Notes: generated by a model not told the origin, from the sequence alone. A stretch of DNA of 53,447 nt from an uncultured Rhodobacterales bacterium (GCA_964509095.1 CAZDXI010000001.1:1-53447), one strand, 5' to 3'; shown: positions 8,501-17,859, numbered from the stretch's first letter. Translations and numbers: made by a program.

Positions 8501-11039
8501 CGACATCGGGCATGTCATAGGTGGTGAGGCTTTCCTCGGGATAGATGACAATGGTTTCCGTGGTGGACAAACCAGAGCTGTCAATCGCGGTCAGAGCAAT
8601 GAAGAATCCAACGTTTTCAAACGTATCATGACCGGAATCCGGGATAACAAACTGGATCCCACCGGGCACGTTTTCCAACGCGGCAATCTCGGGGTGGAAA
8701 TGCGAGTTATGCGCCAGATTCACGGACCAGAACACATCCGGACCCGACAGCGTGCCATCTTCCAGATCTGTGGCAAAGCCGGTGAGCGTAAGCACATCAC
8801 CAGCCCGGAAGGTTTGCCCTTCGCTCGGCGTTGTGATCGTCACTGTGGGGGCATTGCCGATCGTGATGGTTGCCGGGTTGTACACCGTCTGCGCGCCGTT
8901 GCTGTCTGTGGCGATCAGTTCAACCGTGTATTGGCCTTCTTCGGTGTAGGTGTAGGAGGGGTTTTGCTCGGTGGATGTGGCACCATCGCCAATCCCGTCG
9001 CCATCAATGTCCGGGCCATCACCAAAGGACCAGACATAGGTCAGATCGTCTCCGTCCGGGTCAAAAGCGTCCGTCTCAAAAGTCACCGTATAGGGCGCAG
9101 TCAGGCTGCTGTCTTCGCCGGGATCAAGGATGATCCCTGTGCCTTCGGGGGCCTGATTGCCGCTGCTGTATTCCAGCCGGTTCACAGCCCCTTCAAAGGT
9201 AAAGATGTTCCCGGTCTGGAAGGTTGTGATGTAGTACAGTGTCCCGTCCGGAGCCTCGGCAAAAGTCAGAACCTGACCACCGGCGTTCTTGAAGTGATTG
9301 TCGGACACAAGGACCGGCTCACCCGATGAATAATCGATCTCAAGATAGCGGATCCAGTTGCGCACCCAGTCGCCATAGAAATAGACGCCTTCGAATTCGC
9401 TTGGGAACTGATCCCCGCGATAGACGACGCCACCAGACACCGACGATCCTGCATCCCCATAGCTGGGCAGCTGGTCCTGCCCCGGGGCAGACGCATGCAC
9501 ATAGCTGAAGATCGGATTACCCGGATCGTTCGGGTCGGGCAAAAAGCCTTCGTGGTCGGGCCAGCCATGGTTGGCACCGGGCGCGGCGATGTGAATGTCC
9601 TCGGTCGCGAACCGTCCGTTCCCACCGACTTCCCCGATCCAAAGCGTGCCGGACTGCTGATCGTATTCGGCCCGGAACGGATTGCGCAGACCCGAGCTGT
9701 AGATCGTCGTGATCACGCCTTCAGGATCAAGAGCAAGGTTCGCCACATTGGTGGAAATCGCCGACAATGTGTTGACCGATGGCGTGTAGGTCGCTGCCAC
9801 GGCTGGATCATAATACGGGTTGTCCGTCGGGATGGAGCCATCCGTCAGATTGACCCGATGCACCTTGCCATCATCATGGGTCAGGTCCCCGGCATTTTCA
9901 GGCGCAAATTCTTCCCCGATCGAGATGTAAAGCTTGTAGGGGCTGGGGTCATTGGCATCGATGGGCTCATAGCCGATGGCCAAGCCGCCGCCCTGATGGT
10001 CCTTTTCCGAGAACAGATCATATTCCCGCCACAGCACAGACTTGGACGACAGATCACCAGTGCTGGTCACCCCGCCGGCGTTTTCCTCGTGCTCATACCG
10101 CGCCACCGTCGTGCGCTGCTCGTTCACATCCGTGTAAAGCAGGTAGAAGTACCCGTTGTCTTCGAAGTTCGGGTCGATTTCGATGTTGAGCAGCCCGGCT
10201 TCGCGGAATTGCTCCACCTCGGCGCTCAGATCCATGTAGATGGATTTTGGACTGTTGGCGACGGACGGATCCTCGACAATGATCACCTCGCCGCTTTTCT
10301 GAATAACCAGCATCCGGCCATCGGGCAAAAAGGCCATGTCCGTGGGCAGGATCAGTCCGTTGACGACCTTGGTATCGATGAAACCGCCGACATCACCGAC
10401 CGGCGTGTCGAACACCGTGTCGTCTTGGATGATTGCGGTTCCGGTGGGCGGGTGCAGATCGTGCAGCGTCTCCGCATTGCCGGTCGCATCAATGATGTGA
10501 TCCGTGTCCTCGTCAAAACGGTAGTAGCGCTGCAACCCAACGGGGATGCCACCGGCCAGATCCAGCGTCTGGTTGGCGTTTTCAAGGATTTCAGCCCCCG
10601 GACGCGCCAGATCCCAGACTCGCACTTCGTCCAGACGACCTTCCAACGCACCTACGGTGCTGGATGCCAGTTCCGATATCGTGAACGTATTGTTGTAGTT
10701 CGTGGTCGAGGAGTTGGCCTCGTTGACCCCGTTGATATAGAGCCGAACAGTGCCTTCCTCGCGGACAAAGGCGATGTGGTTCCACACGCCGGTCTCCAGC
10801 GGTGTCGTCCCGACAACAACGTCCCCTCTGTCTCCGTCATAAAGGCGCGGAATACCGTTAAAGAAATTGATGTCGTTTCCACTGCCGACCTGAGAGGAAA
10901 AGACCCCGTCGTTTTTCGCAATGGCGGAGCCAGGCTCAAAATAGACGTTGAATTCAATCGTGAAATTTCCAGTAAGCGCAATATCCTGAATATCGACGCC
11001 AACATTATCGGTTTCAAACACATAATTCACGGCTTGCAA
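5547..11039 (-). CDS. 1830-aa multidomain extracellular-type protein: LamG - PQQ-dependent sugar dehydrogenase (GSDH) - PKD/Ig-like repeats - LamG
   Basis: LamG (WNHIAFVRE..LYING, LDEVRVWD), GSDH (PTDMAFLPDGR, HQGGGL, GLRNPFR, NHGWP), PKD (TYAWDFGDG), Ig/cadherin-like (PVAVDD, GTDSFTYRVQD). Very acidic; TTG start. Confidence 0.85.
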   Translation of the reverse strand: MQAVNYVFETDNVGVDIQDIALTGNFTIEFNVYFEPGSAIAKNDGVFSSQVGSGNDINFFNGIPRLYDGDRGDVVVGTTPLETGVWNHIAFVREEGTVRLYINGVNEANSSTTNYNNTFTISELASSTVGALEGRLDEVRVWDLARPGAEILENANQTLDLAGGIPVGLQRYYRFDEDTDHIIDATGNAETLHDLHPPTGTAIIQDDTVFDTPVGDVGGFIDTKVVNGLILPTDMAFLPDGRMLVIQKSGEVIIVEDPSVANSPKSIYMDLSAEVEQFREAGLLNIEIDPNFEDNGYFYLLYTDVNEQRTTVARYEHEENAGGVTSTGDLSSKSVLWREYDLFSEKDHQGGGLAIGYEPIDANDPSPYKLYISIGEEFAPENAGDLTHDDGKVHRVNLTDGSIPTDNPYYDPAVAATYTPSVNTLSAISTNVANLALDPEGVITTIYSSGLRNPFRAEYDQQSGTLWIGEVGGNGRFATEDIHIAAPGANHGWPDHEGFLPDPNDPGNPIFSYVHASAPGQDQLPSYGDAGSSVSGGVVYRGDQFPSEFEGVYFYGDWVRNWIRYLEIDYSSGEPVLVSDNHFKNAGGQVLTFAEAPDGTLYYITTFQTGNIFTFEGAVNRLEYSSGNQAPEGTGIILDPGEDSSLTAPYTVTFETDAFDPDGDDLTYVWSFGDGPDIDGDGIGDGATSTEQNPSYTYTEEGQYTVELIATDSNGAQTVYNPATITIGNAPTVTITTPSEGQTFRAGDVLTLTGFATDLEDGTLSGPDVFWSVNLAHNSHFHPEIAALENVPGGIQFVIPDSGHDTFENVGFFIALTAIDSSGLSTTETIVIYPEESLTTYDMPDVAGFTFYLDGIAFTGDQVRDNMVGFNHTLDVQSSYIDGGFQWDFSHWEDDPSITTTARTFVVPEADSTIRPVYVQGAVVGPVDAVDDPFTREVDTLDGNAVNVIGNVLANDTNPTGDPFGITGIDGYKVTGLPKADNTLDNSGRYGWIWGDNGGQFRVYEDGTVEFRDRDLQFAGLAEGESITTSITYDIADGDDVDLATISLTLEGAGTPNTAPTGTGIVLDPGEDMATDAPHLVTFESDVTDAEGHALTYAWDFGDGTTSDLAAPSHTYSAIGLYSVSLTVTDELGASTAFDSVAIDVGNAPPVAVDDAYTLPLGFDPVTNHIHILMNDYDPDGALNPQMVEVISGPSFGTIEIIDTEQELIDRGMSAGHYGHAEYAPTDPSFTGTDSFTYRVQDDEGAWSNVATATITVTDTPPDVLAAVGDTMSVDLADLTGGNWITLPYNLFTNDTDAGTGFNLLQLDGYKGNGLPTTAANFDNSGRLKTWSDNGGLFRIGSDGTVEFKDRDNDFAGLAEGDSIAASIGYVIGDGTDTSTAPISLIITNGEAGPPNTAPTGTGIVLDPGEDMATDAPHLVTFESDVTDAEGHALTYAWDFGDGTTSDLAAPSHTYSAIGLYSVSLTVTDELGASTAFDSVAIDVGNAPPVAVDDAYTLPLGFDPVTNHIHILMNDYDPDGALNPQMVEVISGPSFGTIEIIDTEQELIDRGMSAGHYGHAEYAPTDPSFTGTDSFTYRVQDDEGAWSNVATATITVTDPGTPVETPGALLSVNNGSGVDVQDLTITGDYTVEFWAAFETGSNLNKYDAAITGGVYDSAPGDDSATDGVFGNDLNFHAGKMRLYSTESTGSSDVIVANTAVAADGVWNHFALVREGDDFSIYLNGVLDATSTNALAADLVIEKLATNVRDSKALGGTLDELRLWDDARSATEISDYFDQVIDASEPDLLRYYQFNDEDGVIDSTGNAEQSGDLLFASITGAEWTEADVFVL
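6246..6859. repeat. Intragenic direct repeat, copy A (about 614 bp; PKD + Ig-like domain)
   Basis: Matches 7263-7876 at offset 1017 bp. Only two mismatches noticed (6824/7841, 6849/7866). Confidence 0.95.
7263..7876. repeat. Intragenic direct repeat, copy B (about 614 bp)
   Basis: Near-identical to 6246-6859; the protein segment PNTAPTGTG...ATATITVTD occurs twice. Confidence 0.95.
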
Positions 11040-11288
11040 TTCCCCAAAAATAAAAAACTACTAAAGTTACCAACTCTGGCAAAGCGGATCGTAAAACAAA
11101 AAAATCGAGAAGTTTCGCGCGCAACGCACATGCTTCCCAGTCACAAAAAACAGTAATATTAACCAAATTCTAGGCTTGCTCCGACCCCCTGTCAATTGCG
11201 GGATTCACCCATTGTACCGCTATTTTCAACCACAGGTATCAAGATTCGCAAATGTTACCGAACAAACTTTTGACCAATATTTGTTGGC

Positions 11289-12737
11289 TCATTCGGCAGA
11301 CACCGGCGAGCCCCGCAACCAAGTAACATCCTTACGCAGTCCCCGCCATGTAAGAGCCACGGCGAGGGCGCTGGCGAATACACATAAGACAAGCACTGTA
11401 ATTGCTCCAATAATATCAGATTGTAATTGCGGAGTAATAAAGAAAGCAGACAAAATACCCACAGAAAGACCAATTAGAACTGGGGGAACAAGGACACCTG
11501 CTTCCGCCTTTACGGACAATGGAACGCATTGGTTCATAAAACTCCAATATCGCGGAAGATACAAAACAACGAAAAGGCTACGCACAAAAATTGCTATTTC
11601 GACGCCAAATGGAAGTGCGGCCAGAAAGACGGCTGTTCCGATTAAAAATCTTTCAACCGCCATCTTCAGCCGAAGGTCCGTTCGATCAGCAACCATGAAT
11701 ACGCGTGCGCCCAGCGATGCGATCATGTCGACCAGCAGACCCGGCACTGCCAGACCAAATATCAGGGCAACTCCGGTCCACGTATCCGACAAAAGCCAGG
11801 CAAACACAGGTGCCCCGTTAAACGCGACAACCAGCAGACCCGGAAACATCAATGTCGCCAACAATCGCGTTGCCGACAGGTAGGATTTTCCAGTGGAGGC
11901 CGCCCCGTCCCCGTCCTGCCATTGGCGCGACATGGATACCATGGTGACTTGCGACAAGGGGCCCGACGCGCCCAGTTTTGGGAACCGCGAAATGCGTTCT
12001 GACATGGACCAAAGCGACACCGCCAACGTGCCGAACATCTGATTGAACGCAAGGACCGGCAGCTGATTTTGCACTGTCAGGACCCCGGACAATAACAGCG
12101 TATTGCGCCCGAAAACCAAATGGCGCCGCAGGAGGGGCACGCGAAACACCATGGTTGGGCGGAACCGGGAGAACCAGAACACACCAAGCAATTTGAACCC
12201 GGCCAGCAGAACTTGCTGCATGACCAAAGCCCAATACCCAAACCCCAGATAGGCCATCCAGAGTGCCGCCAGCACACTGGCAATCCCCGCCGTGACGGTG
12301 ATTTTTGAGATAACTCCGAACCGGTATGCCCGTTCGATAGATGCCTGATGCACGGACATAACCGACTGCATGAACGGCACGGTTGCCAACACCATGACAA
12401 CGGTCAAAAGCTCTGGCCGCCCCATGGCCCAAGCAAAAAGCGGCGCGGACATAAGAACCAAAGCGCCCAGAACGAGACCCACGGCCAGTAGGAACCAGAA
12501 CACTGTGCTCCACTCGGCCTCATCATAGGTCTGGGCCCGGATCAGCGATCGACCAAGCCCGGCATCACTGAATGTGTTGGCGAATGCCGGAATCGCCATT
12601 CCCAATGCGATGATGGCGAAGTCCTCAAGCGACAGCAGCCGGGCAAGAATCGGAAGACTTAGAAACTGCAAAGCCATCAGAACGGCCCGTGCTCCGACAA
12701 GGGAGCGCACGCTGCCAAAAAAGCTGTCGTTTGACAT
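11289..12737 (-). CDS. Wzx-type oligosaccharide flippase (ExoT/WzxC-like)
   Basis: ILARLLSLEDF, FSDAGLGRSLI, GFGYWALVMQQ; many TM helices. GAGG upstream of ATG 12737. Confidence 0.88.
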   Translation of the reverse strand: MSNDSFFGSVRSLVGARAVLMALQFLSLPILARLLSLEDFAIIALGMAIPAFANTFSDAGLGRSLIRAQTYDEAEWSTVFWFLLAVGLVLGALVLMSAPLFAWAMGRPELLTVVMVLATVPFMQSVMSVHQASIERAYRFGVISKITVTAGIASVLAALWMAYLGFGYWALVMQQVLLAGFKLLGVFWFSRFRPTMVFRVPLLRRHLVFGRNTLLLSGVLTVQNQLPVLAFNQMFGTLAVSLWSMSERISRFPKLGASGPLSQVTMVSMSRQWQDGDGAASTGKSYLSATRLLATLMFPGLLVVAFNGAPVFAWLLSDTWTGVALIFGLAVPGLLVDMIASLGARVFMVADRTDLRLKMAVERFLIGTAVFLAALPFGVEIAIFVRSLFVVLYLPRYWSFMNQCVPLSVKAEAGVLVPPVLIGLSVGILSAFFITPQLQSDIIGAITVLVLCVFASALAVALTWRGLRKDVTWLRGSPVSAE

Positions 12738-12924
12738 ATTGGCCGTCCTCAAACACCGAACATTTCCAGCGCGCCGTAAAAATGACTTAAACACACACCA
12801 TTTTGTTGCTTATCGGCGGAAAATCACCGAAAAACGAGTGGCGTCAACACCGAACTCTTGCAATGGTGGAATTGACGCTACTTTGAGTCACACACTCGTT
12901 AGATGGAACTGTACACAACCTCAC

Positions 12925-13206
12925 ATGTTTTTGTTCCGATCCACCCTACTGATATGCGCCATGATCTTCGGCGCAATAATGCTATCGTCAGCACTTGGCG
13001 GGAATGTCTGGTTGTGGGTGATTGGCGCGTGGTTGATTAGCGGTCCGCTCGTCGTGGCACTTGCATTTGTCGCACCACCACCCTCTGCGTCACCGCAAAG
13101 CGTGGAGGACAGCGAACACGCCGCTGTCCCTTCAGTAAGCGCCTCCGGTCTGCAACCCGAGAAACTTGCGCGCAGTTACCAGAACGATCCAAATATCCTT
13201 CCATAG
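12925..13206 (+). CDS. Putative small membrane protein (93 aa, two hydrophobic segments)
   Basis: ATG 12925; hydrophobic N-terminal half and polar tail. Fills the flippase-exoY gap and overlaps the exoY 3' end by 75 bp. Confidence 0.35.
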   Translation: MFLFRSTLLICAMIFGAIMLSSALGGNVWLWVIGAWLISGPLVVALAFVAPPPSASPQSVEDSEHAAVPSVSASGLQPEKLARSYQNDPNILP

Positions 13207-13794
13207 CGATCCAAAGCGCACGTATTCGACGTCGAGCTTCACGCGCTCGTCATACGTGCTATCGGACCGTTCTGAAGACTGCCACGGACCGGTCAAACCG
13301 GGACGAACAGACAGATATTCAAAGCGTTTGACCCCATAATATCTTAGCTCGTCATCCACAATCGGACGCGGGCCAACGATACTCATGTGTCCCAAAAACA
13401 CATTCAGGATCTGCGGCAGTTCATCAAGGCTGGTCTTACGCAAAATGAATCCAATGCCCGGGATAATACGCGGGTCATTTCGCAGTTTGCGCGTCTCCAG
13501 CCATTCGTCGCGCAGCGCAGTATCAGACTCAAGCAAAGCAGCAAGACGCGCATCCGCGTCTGACACCATCGTGCGGAACTTGTAGCACGGAAAGTGCTCG
13601 CCATTTTTTCCGACACGCGTGTGCGCATAGACAACTGGCCCGCGGTCAGCGCACTTCAAAAGCACGGCAATGACAGCAAAGACAGGTAGGAACAGGACCA
13701 ACAACACCCCAGAAAAAACGACATCAAAAAGCCGCTTACCTGAAGACTGAGTTGTCCAGTGGTTACTTACGTCAAAGTAATGTGAATGGTACAT
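13132..13794 (-). CDS. exoY: Priming undecaprenyl-phosphate sugar phosphotransferase (ExoY-like)
   Basis: KRLFDVV, CYKFRTM, KLRNDPRI, LRKTSLDELPQ, MSIVGPRP, RPGLTGPWQ, C-terminal GAY. ATG 13794 with GGGTGGA upstream. Confidence 0.9.
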   Translation of the reverse strand: MYHSHYFDVSNHWTTQSSGKRLFDVVFSGVLLVLFLPVFAVIAVLLKCADRGPVVYAHTRVGKNGEHFPCYKFRTMVSDADARLAALLESDTALRDEWLETRKLRNDPRIIPGIGFILRKTSLDELPQILNVFLGHMSIVGPRPIVDDELRYYGVKRFEYLSVRPGLTGPWQSSERSDSTYDERVKLDVEYVRFGSLWKDIWIVLVTARKFLGLQTGGAY

Positions 13795-14083
13795 TTCAAC
13801 AAATCCACCCCAGCAAAATAAACAATTGAGCAAAAAAGCGCTCGCAATACGAAAAAGTAACAAAAATTTCTTAGTTTTAACCATTTTTATGCTAAGCGCG
13901 GTCATTGGCAAGGGGATTTTAATGAATCCGTGCAATGGCCTCGCTGATTCGAAGATTATACACGCATTCAGAGAAAAAGCTGCCTGTTTTTGAGACAATG
14001 CGTTCCCAAGAACCTCTGATCAGCCCAAAAATGAAACATGATGAGAGAGAATCGGCTGAAGGCGCGGGTGGCTTTTTGGCGAC

Positions 14084-15001
14084 CTAAGTCACAGGCATCG
14101 GGTCCTCACCATAGGCTGAAATACCGAAGTCCTTCAGGATCTGACCCATGCGCGCAATTTGCTGGTCGGAAAACTGATGGCGCCACTTCCCAACCTGTTG
14201 CTCCGGGTCATTCAGAAGGCTGTCACCTTGTGTCATGCGGCTTGCCTTTTGAACCTGCGCCTGTGCGATTTCTGGTACGGGCTCGCCCCAAGCATCAAAC
14301 AGGTGCTGGATTTCTCGTTCCGGGTAAACGGACAAGGTTTCATAGTGCATGCGCACCACGCGATCTTGGGTTTGCGAATCTTCAAGGGCGCCTTTCTGGG
14401 TTCGGCACCACATCGCGACGATACGTTCTTCGTCCGTTTGCAGGCCCCGGATGTATTCTGCGCTCTCGGCGAGGTCCTTTGCATACGGTCCACGCTGCAG
14501 ATCGGCGTCCATTCCGGCGGTGTCGAAATTTCCCATGCGGATCTGCGACGCCGCGATTGCAAAGGGATGGCGCAGGAAATGGATAGGTTTGCGGCGGAAC
14601 GCGACCCGCCGCACCATCCACGGCAGAAACCCATTTGCCCGACAACATTTGACGATCAGCTGCTCTGCCGTGAAAAAGCCAGAGGCCGGGCTTGCCCAAC
14701 TGGTCCATTGATTGATCAGCCGACCGCGCAAGATATCCCGCACCAGCGCCTCGGCCTCCGGCCAATCTGCGTCTGGGGGAATGTACTGACGCCAGGCAAA
14801 TCCGGCGTCCCGAACGCGCGGGACGTTATCAAGGTGAAACGGCTCCCATATGACCGCGCTCGGCGTACAGGCGGTCAGCACCTCGCTTAGCCACGTGGAC
14901 CCGCTGCGCGGATCGCAGGACAGAACAAGCGCGTCTTCCGCACGCAAATTGCGCAGACGCAAACCGCCTGCAATCACCTTGGATCTCAAAACCTGTTTCA
15001 T
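14084..15001 (-). CDS. Sulfotransferase (P-loop-like, Sulfotransfer_1/3 type)
   Basis: 5'-PSB-like PRSGSTWL, 3'-PB-like LRHPFAIAAS, HYETL, C-terminal VGKWR. Confidence 0.85.
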   Translation of the reverse strand: MKQVLRSKVIAGGLRLRNLRAEDALVLSCDPRSGSTWLSEVLTACTPSAVIWEPFHLDNVPRVRDAGFAWRQYIPPDADWPEAEALVRDILRGRLINQWTSWASPASGFFTAEQLIVKCCRANGFLPWMVRRVAFRRKPIHFLRHPFAIAASQIRMGNFDTAGMDADLQRGPYAKDLAESAEYIRGLQTDEERIVAMWCRTQKGALEDSQTQDRVVRMHYETLSVYPEREIQHLFDAWGEPVPEIAQAQVQKASRMTQGDSLLNDPEQQVGKWRHQFSDQQIARMGQILKDFGISAYGEDPMPVT

Positions 15002-15018
15002 ACCGCCAAAGACACCTC

Positions 15019-15816
15019 TTATACGCTCAATCCGTCATATCCCAACTGCGTCAGCAACCGGGCACGGGTTTCCAATGTCCGATCCCGGCTGCGCCGCGTC
15101 ACGCCGTCACCAGAACCTTGGGGCTGCGGTTCTGCTGACCCATCAGCAACCGCTGCGATGGCCTCGGGGACCAGATCCAGTGCGACAAGCAGATTGCGGG
15201 TCCGCAGGGCTTGGGGAGAAATCCCCTGTTCTGCTGGGGTCGCGCGTTGCAACACGATGTGGCCCGTATCAACACCAGCATTCACGAAATGCACAGTCAC
15301 ACCACAGGTGTCCAAACCACCTTCCAGAACCTGCCAGAATTCCGCCTGCGTGCCACGATAAGCCGGCAACAGCGACGAATGCATGTTCAAGGTCCCCAGA
15401 CGCGGAAGCTCAAACACTGGGGGCCGCAGGATGGGCGCGCCCGTTACGGCCAGAATGTCGGGTTGCAGCGCAGATAACCAATCCACACAGTCCGGAGCAT
15501 TGGGATTGCTGGTCAGATGCACAGCCACACCCGCAGGCCAGTCCGCCGGAGGGGAGGCAGCTGTTTCAAAAGCCTGATCCGCCTCTCGCGACAGGGTTTG
15601 TTCGATTCGCCGCACCTGACGCTCAAGCGACGACATGCGCACGGCATTCCGCATCCCCTGCTTCAGCTTATGTAAGCGCGACACCGGGCGGTCGATGCCC
15701 AGAACACCCACCAGCCCCGCATCAGGACCCGCACCAAACCGCGCCTGCAGCGCCGCCGCCATGGCGCGCCCGAACGGAGCCTTGTGGCAGATCAACACGA
15801 GCCGCGGCGCCGTCAT
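15019..15816 (-). CDS. Formyltransferase family protein
   Basis: LNMHSSLLPAYRG and GVTVHFVNAGVDTG formyl-THF transferase motifs. Confidence 0.88.
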   Translation of the reverse strand: MTAPRLVLICHKAPFGRAMAAALQARFGAGPDAGLVGVLGIDRPVSRLHKLKQGMRNAVRMSSLERQVRRIEQTLSREADQAFETAASPPADWPAGVAVHLTSNPNAPDCVDWLSALQPDILAVTGAPILRPPVFELPRLGTLNMHSSLLPAYRGTQAEFWQVLEGGLDTCGVTVHFVNAGVDTGHIVLQRATPAEQGISPQALRTRNLLVALDLVPEAIAAVADGSAEPQPQGSGDGVTRRSRDRTLETRARLLTQLGYDGLSV

Positions 15817-16685
15817 CGCGCACCGTCCTGATCGCGCGGCACATGGCGAAACAGCTCACGAGGCGAAAAGAAATTCTGCAAGAAGCTCTCCGGCAATCCT
15901 GACCAGTGTGGCTCGGGCTGGTATGTGCCCAGTTGTGACTGATGCGCATCCAGCGCGGTCCGCTTTAGCGCAACGAACGATCCGATGCGCACCGATGACA
16001 TTTGCCAACGGGCAAGTTCGCTCAGCATGTCGCGCAGCCCCAGAAGAAAGCCTTTTGTGTTGGTGAGACCCGGACGCCTCCAGGACCGAAAGTCAAAGCT
16101 CCAGACCGGGTATTCGTACAGGCTGACAGTGTCTTCCGGCAGATCCTGCACAGCGCGCCGCGCCGCCAGTGCAAGGGCCACATGATCGGGGTGCCCGTCG
16201 CGATGCGCCGAGACATAGACCTCCCTCGGAGACGCGTTCTGAATCAGTTCCGCGATGGCCGCGCTCAATTCCGGCACGCAGTCGCTCAACTGCCCATCCT
16301 TGAAGCCCAGAAAATGCAGATGTTCTGATGTGACCCCAAGCGTGGCGCAGGCCTGCGTCGTTTCCCGTTGGCGCAATTTCACAAGATCGTCCCGTGAGGT
16401 CTCCAGCGTGCGCTCCCGGCTATGAGACGCCGACCCATCCGTTGCAACGGCCACTGTCACGGCCGTGCCTGCCTTGCGCTTCAACGCAATCGTGCCCCCA
16501 CAGCCCAGTGTTTCATCATCCGCATGCGGGGCGAGCACAAGCGCAGGCCGAGTTTCTGTTTGCGCGGTCCGATCACGCGCCTTGATCCGCAAGCCGTGGC
16601 GGAACAACTGGCACGCCGCCTTTTCGGCATGCTTCCAGAACGACTGGCGCCAGGAAGGTTTGGGGCTGTCGGTGGCTTGGGTCAC
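15813..16685 (-). CDS. PIG-L/LmbE family deacetylase
   Basis: LAPHADDETLGCGG, ATDGSASH, DGHPDH, AHQSQ. 4-bp overlap with the formyltransferase. Confidence 0.9.
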   Translation of the reverse strand: MTQATDSPKPSWRQSFWKHAEKAACQLFRHGLRIKARDRTAQTETRPALVLAPHADDETLGCGGTIALKRKAGTAVTVAVATDGSASHSRERTLETSRDDLVKLRQRETTQACATLGVTSEHLHFLGFKDGQLSDCVPELSAAIAELIQNASPREVYVSAHRDGHPDHVALALAARRAVQDLPEDTVSLYEYPVWSFDFRSWRRPGLTNTKGFLLGLRDMLSELARWQMSSVRIGSFVALKRTALDAHQSQLGTYQPEPHWSGLPESFLQNFFSPRELFRHVPRDQDGAR

Positions 16686-16689
16686 GTGT

Positions 16690-17859
16690 TCAGGACCTCG
16701 ACGCCAGTTGAGACAGGAAGTATTCGCGCCGCCGCATCATGCCCACCGTCTTGCGCAGCACTTCGATAGGTGAGGCCGCGCGCGCCGCCGTCGCGCCTTG
16801 AGACGGGCGCGTGGACATAAGCCCCTCAAGACGCGCGGGAACTGAGCCGATGTCATGGCGCGCACGGGTTGCGGCTTGTGCGCGTTCGGCCAGACGCCGG
16901 GCCGCAACCGGGTCGGCGCGTAGCCGCTCCAACACAGCCGCCGTCTCCTCTGGCGGGGCGTACAGCGCAAGGTCCCCAAACGTCGGCTCCAGCCGGGGGT
17001 CCAGAATACAGACCGCGCCCATCAACATGGCTTCCGCAACTGTCCGCCCGAAACTTTCACTGGAATCGGGATGGAAGTGATAAATGAACACATCCAGTCG
17101 ATCCAGAAACTGCGCCACCGGTTCGGCATCAAAGGGCAACAGCGTCCAGTGGGACGTATCAATGCCCATCTGGTCGAAATCGGCCAGCGGCGCGCCCATC
17201 ACCCGAATCTCTGTATCAGGCAAGGCGGGCAAGCTCGCTTGGATCTGCGCGCTTGTCGCGGGCCACTTCAACAGATCCGCGCGCCCATGCCGACCGATTA
17301 CCAGACGATCCTGTGCAAAGGCCTGTCGCTTTGGCACCCAGTCACTGACATCAAACACGTTGGGCCAGTCCTCGCTCGCCAATCGGATAAGCGGGGCAAA
17401 CGACTGCAATTGCTGACGACAAATGCCTGACACCGGAGCCCAAACAGGCCAGACCCCCGTGCGTCGGTACACGCGCCACGACGTTACCACGGGATCATAT
17501 TGCAGGGATCCATCGCCGCGAAAGGGAAGATGGTGCGCCACAAGGAATGACATCTCTGCGCGCAGACGGAAGGAGGCTTCAAGTCCGTAAAAGAACGTCA
17601 TCGGATGGTGGAAGAACGCCGCCCGTGCGATAACTTCAGGATCTCGTGTGATGTCCAGAACCTGCACGCGCGGGTCCTGCACCATGTTGGTGATGATCTT
17701 GCTGCGCGTCCGCTCCGTATCCGCCAGATAGGGGCTTGTGACCTCCACCAAAGCGACACTCAGACCCGCCTCCAGAAACGCAGACACATCGCAGGCCACT
17801 GCAGCAGCGGTCCCACCTTCAAAACGGGGGTCGATGATACAAACGACATCAAAGCGCAT
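16690..17859 (-). CDS. Glycosyltransferase, GT-B (GT4-like)
   Basis: IGRHGR, FLDRLDVFIY, ESFGRTVAEAM (E-x7-E motif). Confidence 0.8.
   Translation of the reverse strand: MRFDVVCIIDPRFEGGTAAAVACDVSAFLEAGLSVALVEVTSPYLADTERTRSKIITNMVQDPRVQVLDITRDPEVIARAAFFHHPMTFFYGLEASFRLRAEMSFLVAHHLPFRGDGSLQYDPVVTSWRVYRRTGVWPVWAPVSGICRQQLQSFAPLIRLASEDWPNVFDVSDWVPKRQAFAQDRLVIGRHGRADLLKWPATSAQIQASLPALPDTEIRVMGAPLADFDQMGIDTSHWTLLPFDAEPVAQFLDRLDVFIYHFHPDSSESFGRTVAEAMLMGAVCILDPRLEPTFGDLALYAPPEETAAVLERLRADPVAARRLAERAQAATRARHDIGSVPARLEGLMSTRPSQGATAARAASPIEVLRKTVGMMRRREYFLSQLASRS

Noticed and set aside
7761-11156. Long plus-strand ORFs (522 and 553 aa)
   Set aside because: Antisense shadows of the 1830-aa gene; no motifs, and expected from codon bias in GC-rich DNA.
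13877-13884. TTAACCAT CtrA-like half site upstream of exoY
   Set aside because: A single 8-mer in AT-rich DNA with no full TTAA-N7-TTAA.
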